Source of the DNA: a virus
Lineage: Duplodnaviria > Caudoviricetes
Virus record (IMG/VR): IMGVR_UViG_3300021961_000099
Coordinates: 1-60,408 of that record
Strand: one strand, 5' to 3'
Length of the DNA stretch: 60,408 bases
The notes under the pieces were generated by a model, which saw nothing but the letters and a program-made list of their open reading frames with translations, made no database searches and was not told where the DNA came from. The position numbers were made by a program, and so were the translations under genes. Of the stretch, positions 35,655-46,300 are shown piece after piece. The stretch's first letter is position 1; each line of letters begins with the position of its first letter.

Positions 35655-38641
35655 TACCCTTTACAAAATACATCAAAGTTTATCCCAACATTGATCTGTA
35701 AGTCATCAAAGTTTGGTTGACAATCGTTAGTAAATACAACTATTTCATTAGCGGTTGTATCAATATTATAACCATACCCTGATGTTTGTAAACCATCGAA
35801 AGTTGTCTCTAATGCCGTTAACCACTGAGCGGCTGTTGGGTATTGGTTTGGTCCAACCCCATTAAAGAATTGGTATTGTGCTAAAGATACATTGTTTAAT
35901 CTAACATCTACAATCCACGAACTTTGTACTGTGTTCAATTGACAATTTACAGGTATATAACCTTGTTCAATAAAGTATTCATTCAATAAGGTATTCATTA
36001 CTACACCAAAATTTACCATGTTTGGATCAACATCCCATGGGTAAATTGCACATGTAACTTCTTGTGTTGGGCAGTCCAACACATAAAGTTGAGTAGTAAG
36101 TATACAAGGTTTACATGGTACAGGTGCAAACTTACAACCTTCTTGTCTTCTCCAAACAAATTTTTGTCTATGGAAAATTGAGTTTTCTAATCTTGTACCC
36201 GTATTCCATATTGTTGTTGCTGGTACCATCTGCTCAACTAGTCGGATCCAATAATCACCCATACCATTAACAAAATCAATCATAGTTTGATATGTAAAAT
36301 TATCGTTTGGTATTCCCGCCTGAGTTAAAGAATCTAAATATTTCCAATAGATTGATTGCAGAGTAGGATATCCACCAGTTTTACCATCTGTAATAAATTG
36401 ACGGTTTCTTGTGTTTATCATGTTTCTCCAAAAAGTTTGAGCGAATTCAAAAAATGTTTTTTGTTTTGGTTTTGGTATTATTACAGTCCAATCTATTCCA
36501 CCTAATTTAGGATAGGGATTTGGTATGTTACATGGTGAAGGTGGTGTATAAAATAATCCTTGTTCAGGTATTGGGTAGTTATATTGTCTAGACATTGTCC
36601 AAACATCATAAGCCAACCCTTGAGCAGGATTCATCATGATGTCAACATTTTTAACATTCAACACCAAACATTCCTCACTAACAGTGTAGTATGCATTGAA
36701 ATTACCTTCAAAACTTGTTCTTAAGAAAGGTGTCGTATCCACCCAACTTTTTTTGTTGTCTTGAAGTTTTCTAAGTTTATACCCTAAGGACATATAAGGA
36801 AAATACCTATATCTGAATAGATACTCCTCTCCATAATTGAATGGTAAAAGTTGTGTTTGATAATTAGGATTGTTGCCTGTGAAAACTAAATTTGTTGGTA
36901 CTGCAAATTCGGGCATCCTATGTTGTGGTGTCGATTCAAACCAACCTCCTCCAATTTGGAAGAAATAACTTTCATTAGGTATTGGCATTCTAGGACATCC
37001 GAATTCATCAACAGGATAATCATCTCTTGTTGTTGTTACTGTGAAATTTGTAGATGTTGTGGTAAACCCTGTATATTGAACTCCCTGAATTGAATAAACA
37101 TTACTTGTTTCCAAAACTGGAAGTTGTAGTGTCACATTACCTGTACTAATTTCTGCGAACTGTTGGTTGAATTCTGACATGTTAATTCTTTGATCCGCAA
37201 CATAAACATGTTCATTAAAATCGATTAAGGCTTCGGGAGCACCAACCATTCTTAACAAACATTCTATAGATTTTCTGGTACCTTTGGATTTGAACAGGTA
37301 AGCCGAATTAAGAATTAAATTTCTGTAAAATTGGTAATTAATTTCTTCGGGTGTTGGTCCAATCTGTAAACCCGTAAAAGTATTTGGTTGAGTTGTAAAA
37401 ACCGCTTGTAATAATTCGTCTTGAGATATTGGTGAAAAGTTTGTGACCCAACCTAAAGTTTGAGCTAAATTTTTTAAAAGTTGTGATGGTATATCATTTC
37501 CAACATTATAATTGACACTTGTCATATTACCAAGTGCGCTTATGAATGCCTTTGTTTCGTCAAAACTTCGTCCATATAATTGTAAAAGTTTTTCGAATCT
37601 TTGGTCAGGTGTGTCAAATTCTTTAAGAGCACCTGTTGTCAGGAATCTCGATATAATATTTGTACTATAGGTATCTAAACTTGCTGCATACTCATTTATT
37701 TTCGCCAAATAATTATCAAAACTTATTGATCTTATGTCTAAATTCCAAGGACCCGCTAAAGGCCAGCTAGCCAGCTCTTTTGTTATGATATAACTACCGT
37801 CTTCCTGTTCTCTTGGGACATAAAATTGTGCGGTGTAAGGTGGTGTAACTCTTCTGTTTAATAAAAAGTTTTCAACTTTATCTAAGTCCATGTTGAACAC
37901 CTTATTAGCCTCAAAATCGTTTGGTCTAATAACCAAATAATCCAAAGAGTAAGAGGCTCCTGTAAAAGGGTTACCGTCAACAATTAATTTAAGTGATGTT
38001 GAGGCACTTGTAGTTGGATATAAAAAGTTTACAGGGTATTGTAATCCATTAACATATAAGACATATTTTTTATAATTAACTTTCATGTTTCTCAAAGGAG
38101 AAACTTGAAACTCGTTGAATAAAAGATTTGTTTCCGCATTATCACTATAATCCAATTCGAATGGATTTTGTATTGATGAAAGGTATATTTCAAAAGTGGT
38201 ATCGTTTTCTATTGAATCATAAGCAATATTAAAAGCGGTTGCTTGTGTTTCAAATTTTGGAGTTTGTGGGTTTACCTCTAATCCTCCAGGAAAGAAGTTT
38301 ATAATTCTTGTGATAGAAACTGACATTCTTTTCACTAATGAACCATACTCTGTAAAGTTTGTTACTTGTGAAAGATCATAGTTTGGATAAACTCTGTAGT
38401 TGTTGGCTAAAATATCGGCAGCTTCGATATTGTTTTCAATATTAATACTTTCTAAATTTATAGGTTCAGAAAATGTACCGATATTGAAAATTCGATCTTG
38501 TTTCTCGCTTATTCCTGTAGTGAAGTTGAAATTCGCTTGCGTCAAACCTCCGCCAGTTACTAACTGAACTCCGACTAAATTGTTTGAGAACGAATTAGCG
38601 GCACTACTTTGAGGGGGGCAAGTGAATTTTGTTATAGCCAT
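35654..38641 (-). CDS. Baseplate wedge protein (P2 gpI / T4 gp7-like)
   Basis: LLKNLAQTLGW...YLFKSKGTRKSIECLLRMVG is the motif typical of gpI-like wedge proteins. Confidence 0.65.
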   Translation of the reverse strand: MAITKFTCPPQSSAANSFSNNLVGVQLVTGGGLTQANFNFTTGISEKQDRIFNIGTFSEPINLESINIENNIEAADILANNYRVYPNYDLSQVTNFTEYGSLVKRMSVSITRIINFFPGGLEVNPQTPKFETQATAFNIAYDSIENDTTFEIYLSSIQNPFELDYSDNAETNLLFNEFQVSPLRNMKVNYKKYVLYVNGLQYPVNFLYPTTSASTSLKLIVDGNPFTGASYSLDYLVIRPNDFEANKVFNMDLDKVENFLLNRRVTPPYTAQFYVPREQEDGSYIITKELASWPLAGPWNLDIRSISFDNYLAKINEYAASLDTYSTNIISRFLTTGALKEFDTPDQRFEKLLQLYGRSFDETKAFISALGNMTSVNYNVGNDIPSQLLKNLAQTLGWVTNFSPISQDELLQAVFTTQPNTFTGLQIGPTPEEINYQFYRNLILNSAYLFKSKGTRKSIECLLRMVGAPEALIDFNEHVYVADQRINMSEFNQQFAEISTGNVTLQLPVLETSNVYSIQGVQYTGFTTTSTNFTVTTTRDDYPVDEFGCPRMPIPNESYFFQIGGGWFESTPQHRMPEFAVPTNLVFTGNNPNYQTQLLPFNYGEEYLFRYRYFPYMSLGYKLRKLQDNKKSWVDTTPFLRTSFEGNFNAYYTVSEECLVLNVKNVDIMMNPAQGLAYDVWTMSRQYNYPIPEQGLFYTPPSPCNIPNPYPKLGGIDWTVIIPKPKQKTFFEFAQTFWRNMINTRNRQFITDGKTGGYPTLQSIYWKYLDSLTQAGIPNDNFTYQTMIDFVNGMGDYWIRLVEQMVPATTIWNTGTRLENSIFHRQKFVWRRQEGCKFAPVPCKPCILTTQLYVLDCPTQEVTCAIYPWDVDPNMVNFGVVMNTLLNEYFIEQGYIPVNCQLNTVQSSWIVDVRLNNVSLAQYQFFNGVGPNQYPTAAQWLTALETTFDGLQTSGYGYNIDTTANEIVVFTNDCQPNFDDLQINVGINFDVFCKG

Positions 38642-39546
38642 TAAGCAGTAATATTATTAAAAGCTTTAGAGAAATCGATATTATCACCACGATCCTGTCT
38701 AACCTCATAAAGAAGAGTATTGAACTGATCTTTAATTTCATAAAGATTGTACTGTTTGTAAATGTTGTTGTCAGCATCGTAAATGGTGTAGATACCATCC
38801 TCCATAGATTTAGTTTGGTTACCGTAAAGTGCAATTGCTAAAGTAGATATATCTTGATCCACAATTTCAATTTCAGTTGAGATTGGGTTGAAATAGGTGT
38901 TTGTTATGATTATACTTTGGTTTGGTTGGCCAATAAACGGAGTTGCACTTGGTTTGTTGGTAGGTGATGAAGAAGGTGAAAGCGTACAAAATAAAAGATT
39001 TGTTGCCCCTTCAACATAACGATATCTAATTGATTTTTGAATTGTGTTCGTTAGATTTTGGACTACAGGTTCACAATAAAAAGATGATGTTATTATCCTG
39101 AAAAAATTTGGTATTTTAGTACCGTCAGGATTCAAGTATTCAACTCTGAATCCCACTAATCCTTGATTTACAAATTTATTTCTATATTCTGTAGGAACAT
39201 TATTGAGGTCTATTACAATACCTTTAACATTTGGTAAAGCAGATAAAACCCCACAATCAGTAATTATAGTTCTAATTTCCGCAGGTCTTATCATGAGTGT
39301 ATATATACCTAGTCGAGTAAATTGATCTGCAGGTAATTTTAGATTGTACAACCCCCCTAAAATTTCAACCGAACTACCGCCAGTCTCCGCATTGTTAAAA
39401 TAGGGTCTCAGTACATCTTGAGCATTAAGCGTTGTTAATGTGAAGTTTTGTGTGTCATCTCTTGATTCTGTATAAACCAAAACGATTTGTACATCCTCAG
39501 GACTAACATCTGCTGGTCTTATCGTTCCGTAATTTCCTGTTGCCAT
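38641..39546 (-). CDS. Putative baseplate structural protein
   Basis: 301 aa within the structural block; TATTTAT upstream (39566-39572). Confidence 0.6.
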   Translation of the reverse strand: MATGNYGTIRPADVSPEDVQIVLVYTESRDDTQNFTLTTLNAQDVLRPYFNNAETGGSSVEILGGLYNLKLPADQFTRLGIYTLMIRPAEIRTIITDCGVLSALPNVKGIVIDLNNVPTEYRNKFVNQGLVGFRVEYLNPDGTKIPNFFRIITSSFYCEPVVQNLTNTIQKSIRYRYVEGATNLLFCTLSPSSSPTNKPSATPFIGQPNQSIIITNTYFNPISTEIEIVDQDISTLAIALYGNQTKSMEDGIYTIYDADNNIYKQYNLYEIKDQFNTLLYEVRQDRGDNIDFSKAFNNITA

Positions 39547-39573
39547 TGTAAGTTTCTACTTTTTAATAAATAT

Positions 39574-40749
39574 TTATGTTGATACTTTTTCTATCGTGAA
39601 AAACTTGTATCCGTATTTTTCTAAATCCCCAATGTTGTCAACTTCCCCCAATCTCATAACATATTCTAAAGGAGAATTTTTTCCTCTTTCAATAAAAACA
39701 TTAGTTATAACTTCGAGTTGGTCAATAACATTAATCAAAGCTTCATTTTTTGTTATCGCAGTTAGTTCCAAATCACCAGGAACTAAACCGTATGAATCCG
39801 CAAAATAAATTGTAAAATTTTCGTAATCGTGATAAATTACACCATTTATTGTATAAGCCGTATAGGTGTTTGTAATGTCGGGTCCATAATAAGTTCCCAC
39901 AACTCCTGTTGTTCCTGTAACTTGTATACCTAATTTAAATTTACCTTCGGCTAAATTGACTTTTGGTCCAAATTGTTCTAAGTCGTTGACTGTTGAAATT
40001 GTGAATCCTGTCACGGGAAATGGCACCGAGGTATAGTTGTAAGAATAATAATCAACTATGTTAGTGTTTGAGTCCCCAGTAAAAATGAAATCATAACTTA
40101 TAGGAGTTGCACTCCAACTGCCACCTGCAGGGTAAAAAGTCATATTACCAAACTGATTACTAATTACAACATTTGTGTAAGGAACTGTTATTGGTTTTTG
40201 AATTTTGGAAATGCCCCAAGGAGAATTTGCGGTTAAGGTTATTGTATAATCCGTCTGTGCACTTGGGTAAGTGTGTGTGATTGGGGTAATCCCTAAAACC
40301 GCCTGAGGTGGGGTTCCATCTCCCCAATCCAAAGTATATGTTACAAGTTGTAAAAATTTTATAAATTCTAAATCAGATGTGTTATAAAATGTATAAGTGT
40401 AGGGGTTCAGTGTACTACCCGTGACAATGAAATTGTTTAGAACATCTAATTGTAGAATCATGCCGTCTGTTGGGGTGTAATAACCTAAATCCACGGCAGA
40501 TTCTGTAATCATGATATTAACAGATAAACCAGTTAAAAAAGATGTCCCTCCTGTGTTTCCACTTAATAGATATGACATTGGTAAATACACACCTGTGGTT
40601 CCTGTGGTAACAGTAGTTGCCGTAGTGGCGGTTAAACAACAAGGATCTAAAATTGTTGTAATGTTTGTGTCACCAGTATATGGGACAAACACAATATCAC
40701 TTTTGATATTTTCAGGAGATACAATAAATTTATATTGTTGCAGTTCCAT
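39574..40749 (-). CDS. Structural protein with a PKD/Ig-like domain
   Basis: YTLDWGDGT...ITHTY....YTITLTA PKD signature. Confidence 0.7.
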   Translation of the reverse strand: MELQQYKFIVSPENIKSDIVFVPYTGDTNITTILDPCCLTATTATTVTTGTTGVYLPMSYLLSGNTGGTSFLTGLSVNIMITESAVDLGYYTPTDGMILQLDVLNNFIVTGSTLNPYTYTFYNTSDLEFIKFLQLVTYTLDWGDGTPPQAVLGITPITHTYPSAQTDYTITLTANSPWGISKIQKPITVPYTNVVISNQFGNMTFYPAGGSWSATPISYDFIFTGDSNTNIVDYYSYNYTSVPFPVTGFTISTVNDLEQFGPKVNLAEGKFKLGIQVTGTTGVVGTYYGPDITNTYTAYTINGVIYHDYENFTIYFADSYGLVPGDLELTAITKNEALINVIDQLEVITNVFIERGKNSPLEYVMRLGEVDNIGDLEKYGYKFFTIEKVST

Positions 40750-41555
40750 TATGGATTAACATATTCAAAAAAGATTATCGGTGAACTATTACTTCCAACT
40801 CTAAGTCCTGTAGATGTTGAGAACACTTCGTATGTTTTTTTACTGTAATCTAATTTCACTTTATAATAATAATAGTCGTTATGACTGAAGGTAAATTTGT
40901 CGGGTAAAATTAAATCTTGTCTTTTATTGGTCATTTGTTTGAAATTTCCTGTAATTGCGTCAAAAAATCTAGCAGACATGTAAAAAGTGTCAACATCAAT
41001 AAAATTTCTTTTTCTCAACCAATATATATAAAATCCTTCTTTATCTGTTCCAATGTAGTCTAATACCATTTCTGATTTCTTTATTTCTACAGGTGGTACC
41101 AAAGCAGAAAGAATTGCCGATTGAGTGAGTCCTTGTTGTACAGGTAATATAATTGATAAATAAAGATTTTGCACACTTTCATCGGGACTGTCATATAAAT
41201 CAAGTTTGAAAAATGATTTAGTAAAAGATTTCGAATAGTAATAAACATCTTGAACTGAAAACCCATTATTAAGGTAGCTTGTTGTCCAAGAACCTACGGT
41301 ATTTGCCGTAATTGGTACTGAGTAGTCATAAAAATTAAATATATATTTTATTGAGCTTTCTAAATTTGGATATATGTTATGAGCAAATCTTATGATTTCA
41401 AAATCCTGTGGTGATCCAATAACCTCATTTATAGCCTCAACTTGATATTCTTCGATACTGTCATCCCTACCCATGAAATCCCATTGCATGTTTACAGGAA
41501 TATTAACATATTTGTCAATATCTTGTTTTACAATTTTTATTCTAGTCGCATCCAT
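40749..41555 (-). CDS. Putative structural protein
   Basis: 268 aa, coupled within the baseplate operon. Confidence 0.6.
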   Translation of the reverse strand: MDATRIKIVKQDIDKYVNIPVNMQWDFMGRDDSIEEYQVEAINEVIGSPQDFEIIRFAHNIYPNLESSIKYIFNFYDYSVPITANTVGSWTTSYLNNGFSVQDVYYYSKSFTKSFFKLDLYDSPDESVQNLYLSIILPVQQGLTQSAILSALVPPVEIKKSEMVLDYIGTDKEGFYIYWLRKRNFIDVDTFYMSARFFDAITGNFKQMTNKRQDLILPDKFTFSHNDYYYYKVKLDYSKKTYEVFSTSTGLRVGSNSSPIIFFEYVNP

Positions 41556-43377
41556 CTATTGTAGGTTCTGCTATGGCGTTTATGATTGGTGGTATCTTCC
41601 CTCCTTGATAAGTACTATACTGTGAAGGATTTGTTGGGGTTGCGTAATCGTTTGGTATATTAAAGTTTTCAGGTGTGATTCTGAATATTGTATTTACGAA
41701 AGGATAATGAGCATTATTTAAAAAAGGATAATCAACGCCAACTCCGTCTGTACTTATAAAACCATATGAATACAGATCTCTCCATCTAAAAGAGGAAATC
41801 AAAGTTGAGTAATATGCATAGTCAGGTATACCCACAACATTTTCTGAGTTTGCTTCTTCTACATAATTTGAAAAAACTCTGAGTTGGATTGGATTGTGTG
41901 GTCTATAAAAATATCCATACTGATTTGTTGCTGTAAGAGTATTTGCAGATAGACTGAACCAAGTATTATTGTATGTTATTTTGTGTTGGTATATTGAAAT
42001 TACTCTTTCTAGTTGTTCAAAATTATTCCACTCACAATAGTCTCCATCCAAAGTATCACCACTACTATAAAAATCATTATAAAAAAATGGTCCTTGATTT
42101 AACAACGAATTGTATTGTAACTGTGGTATAGTTGTATTAGAATCTACATTATTTTGGTTCCACCATGTCTGTGGTTTACCATCGTCTAAATAATTATTAA
42201 ATTCCCAACCTTGTTTTACTTTCTGAGTCCAACCGAAATATCCCCTCCAAATTGTTGTAAAAAATAATTGAGTCAAAGGTCTATTTTGATTGTCTCTTAG
42301 ACCATTTATATCTATATCACAATTAAATGAAAGAGTATACGATCTCGACCCTTCTTTAACAGAGGTTCTTTTTCTTTGATTAGGAGTCAAAACTTTTTGT
42401 TCACACTTTGTTTTGTCACCATAAATATTCAATTCATATCCAGCATTTACTAAAACCGCACAATCTTGATTAGTAAGAATTTTATGTTGTCTGACATAGT
42501 ACTGACTAACAGTATCTGCAGAATTTGTGGCATCTAAAACTCTTCTGAAGGTACCCTGAATTGCAGTAATGAAAGTTGATCCCGTATAACCAACATTTCT
42601 GATATTGAAAATGTATTCTTCGGATCCTGAACCATTGTCTCCAAGACCATTGACTTGGAAAAAAGAATTCCCATTATAGTTAGTGGAAAGTAATACATAT
42701 TCACCGACCTGAAGTCCGTGTGCAACTGGGCATTTAAATTGAATAATATCGGTTACTTTCTCACTTCCAATTGTTATAATAAATGGGATTCCATCTGAAG
42801 CAACCCAATTCCAAGATATTTGTGTGTTGGGGATCAAGGCATACATTTTTTTGTTCGGTTCATTTTTATAAGGATAACTCATATAATGAGACCAATTATA
42901 TGTTGTCGCACTTACAGATCTGAAATTTAGATGTCTACCATTTCCAAAGGTATATCCCGATACATAGTTATCAGTTCTTATAAAATCAAATTCGGGATAT
43001 TGTGGAAACCCATCCCATGGAAGGTTCGGATTTGCCGGCTGAGGTGGTGATTGTGTAAAATTACCTGTTGGGAAATATGCTTGTGTGTTTTCTAATTCGT
43101 TGGTATAATATAGATTGTCTCTAAACGGAGGGTAAGAAGTTGATCCTGTATATGCGTTCTCGAATAGAATAGTAAACTTTGTAACGGGTCTTATAATTGA
43201 TGATGCTTGTCTTTCTTCATCAAACACGGCAAGTAAACTTAAATCTACAGTTCTGTCAAACTCAACCAATTCTTTCATGGTTTGAGCAAAAGGCACATTC
43301 AACTGTTGGTCACTCAAAGGTGCTGATTTATACCTCTGAGTAGATTCAATAATATTTGTTGTTGGGTCTACTATCAT
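41542..43377 (-). CDS. Putative structural protein
   Basis: 611 aa, aromatic- and Asn-rich, in the baseplate operon. Confidence 0.6.
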   Translation of the reverse strand: MIVDPTTNIIESTQRYKSAPLSDQQLNVPFAQTMKELVEFDRTVDLSLLAVFDEERQASSIIRPVTKFTILFENAYTGSTSYPPFRDNLYYTNELENTQAYFPTGNFTQSPPQPANPNLPWDGFPQYPEFDFIRTDNYVSGYTFGNGRHLNFRSVSATTYNWSHYMSYPYKNEPNKKMYALIPNTQISWNWVASDGIPFIITIGSEKVTDIIQFKCPVAHGLQVGEYVLLSTNYNGNSFFQVNGLGDNGSGSEEYIFNIRNVGYTGSTFITAIQGTFRRVLDATNSADTVSQYYVRQHKILTNQDCAVLVNAGYELNIYGDKTKCEQKVLTPNQRKRTSVKEGSRSYTLSFNCDIDINGLRDNQNRPLTQLFFTTIWRGYFGWTQKVKQGWEFNNYLDDGKPQTWWNQNNVDSNTTIPQLQYNSLLNQGPFFYNDFYSSGDTLDGDYCEWNNFEQLERVISIYQHKITYNNTWFSLSANTLTATNQYGYFYRPHNPIQLRVFSNYVEEANSENVVGIPDYAYYSTLISSFRWRDLYSYGFISTDGVGVDYPFLNNAHYPFVNTIFRITPENFNIPNDYATPTNPSQYSTYQGGKIPPIINAIAEPTIDGCD

Positions 43378-43379
43378 TC

Positions 43380-46300
43380 TTATTCTTCAAATGCAACATA
43401 TAGTTTATAGAATCTATCTATCGCGGTTTTTCCGTTGTTCAAACCAAAATAGAAATGGTAAGGAGCTCCAACGACTATTGCATCCGCAGGGTTTAAACTA
43501 GGATCCCCTTGTAAAATAGAGGAAAGTGGTGTGTAAGGTAATGGATTTCCGTTTAAGTCGTAACTTGCAATAAAACCTAGTTTAGTATTTGTTGTTTGAT
43601 ATTTCTGTTGACCTGATGTAAAGTCAAGTTCTTGATATTTCTTATTGAAGAATCCATTACCTCCATTTGCTGGTTGAGGTAGGACATTTGTAACCCAATT
43701 ATTATCTTCAGATCCAAATATATTGTTTAACCCAATTGACTGCGTTGGTTTAGCTATTTGCCATTTGTAATGAGGAACGACTTGAGATTTTGGGTATCCG
43801 AACAATTCTTGTATAAGTGGTGTTGTACTGTAAGTTTCAATCCCTGGTGACATTATTTTTCTGTATCTAGATTCAGAGGTAGATGAAGAAAAGAATAATC
43901 CAAAAACTGGTTTCACATCTATTGGTGATAGTGCACCTAATGACGCATTATTTGTGTTGTCACCAAAATAAATGTATTGATTTGGGTTTGGCTGTGGTAA
44001 GTTTTCTGTAATGAAAGGTGAAACTTCCCATTCAGAGTTTATTGACAACATTTGAGAAAAATCGCCGTCAATTCTTGAACCTCCTCTTGTACTATTGAAG
44101 AACTGTATAATTCCAAAACCTTCAGTTTGATTTTCTATGTTTTGTTTTGGTTGCATTCTAAATCTCGTACCTTCATTAAGAATTCGAGAAAGGAACCCTA
44201 ATTGGATTATGTCAGAGTTATCTTGATAGGATGTGGTTTTTAATTCATTTGCGTAATATGATCCAAATCCTTTTTCGGAGCTAGAACAACATATTTCGTT
44301 TATAAATGAATCTCTCGGTCCCAAATCTGTGATAGTCGTTGGGAATTGAATTTGTTTTTTATTGTACCCCCACATATCGGTTGTTAAACTTAAAGAATTA
44401 GTTAAAGGGGTTGCCGTTATGGTTGGCGAATCTTTACCTATAAAATTAACTCCATTCCAAGGAGAACTTCTATAGTGGAAAGTGTTTGTAATCTCGTTAA
44501 ACATGATTACATCATCACAGTAATCATATACAGGTTGAGCAAAAATATTGAAAGTAGTTTTTTTGTTGAAATTGAACATGTATAGAACACCATTTATCCA
44601 ATTGTTTTGAAACACTTGTCCAAAAACTCCTCTACAAGCAGCAAAGTTCAGAGTAAATCTTACTTTCCACTCCAAGAATAGTCTTAAATCATCCCAATAA
44701 GCATCTCTGATTAAATAGAAATTTCTTGGACCTAAAAATGGAATGTTTATTGGTGGTTTTGAGTCCTTATTCAGAAGACAATAACAACCATTGATCATCC
44801 TGTCTTCAGGTACAACACAGTCGCCTTGAGGTACAATTCCTACATTTGTCCCACTTCCTGTATAACATTGTAAAGGTACCATTCCCTCACAACTTAGAGT
44901 TTCAGTAAGTGCCGATAATACAGGATCTGAATCGACAGACTCACCATTAAATATGTCAAAACCAACGGAGAATGTCGGTTGAATCTCAGCACCGTTTGTT
45001 AGGTAAATTGCAAAATTATCATTTTGATGAAGGGCATAACCTGTGTTTGTTCCAGTAGGTCCATTTTGTACATATGTTGATGTTGGTAATCTATCACTTC
45101 TCATCACAATTCTACTTGATGAAGTGAAATTAACACCTGGTAGGGTGTATCTATAGTAAGCAGGTGAGTACAGTGCCGTCAAATTACCACCATTTTGACC
45201 GTTTAGTCCCGTATAAAAAGTATATTGTGTGTTAAAGTATTGTCCTTCTTGACAAGAAGCATTACATGGTGGTGTACTTGAGCTATTTCCTGTTTGTAAA
45301 AACATTTGTGTTGAGGTAGTTATTGAGTTAACCCACCTAATATAGGTTCCACCTACGGTATAGTAAGATACAGGACTTATAGGTAATTGATAATTACCTG
45401 TCAATAATGTTTGTTGTAAGTTAATTGTACTTTGTGCATTTGTTTGCCATTGTAATGGATAAGGACTATATGTTGCTGACAAACTATCATCAGTACTCAA
45501 ATAATAATATGGGTAGTTTGATGTAAATGCGGTATAACTTGAAGGGTTTGGCGTAAAAGTAAATGAGTTGAAATATAGGTTGTTTACAATGTTTGTTGTG
45601 GAGTCATGTTGTACAGGTTTTACACCCGTTGATAACCCTTGGATCGGGTAATTCAGATAGTAACTTCCACTCACAATTGGTCCTGATCCGAATGATTTAC
45701 CAAAAATTCTTGATAAGTCATATTCTATTGTAGGTTGTTTTGCGGTATGAGGATCTACCCCTCTTACAAAAATACAAATTTCATAATTTTGATAGTTGGG
45801 TAAAGAACTTATAATGTTTGGGTAAGTCAATGAGGATACACCACATCCATTTACTTGACAGGTTATATCATGGAGAAGATAGCTTGCCGGAAAGAAACCT
45901 GTATTTCCCGTATTTGACTGTGCAATAAAATTTGTGTAAGTCATTCCCGTTATAAGTTGGAAATACTCGGTATCGGTTGGGTACTGTAAGTATGATTGTT
46001 CCACATTCACATTTCCTTGAACGGGTAATTGACTAACTTGAGGAGAAACAATAATAACATTAGCAGCCAATGAACCTTGAGTTGGTCCTGCTGGATTTGC
46101 ATAATTTATTACAATTCCTGTTGTACCTGTAATTGTTGTACCAGTAATTGCATTATTTTCAAATTGGTTTATCGTTGCACCTGTTAAATTTGTTAATCGA
46201 TTCGCTGGGGTTGAAAAGTTTGGGTCAACATAGTTAGGGTCTTGGAAGACTACTAAGTTTCCAACACCGAGTTGTAATGTCGTACCTTGGGTCATCAACA

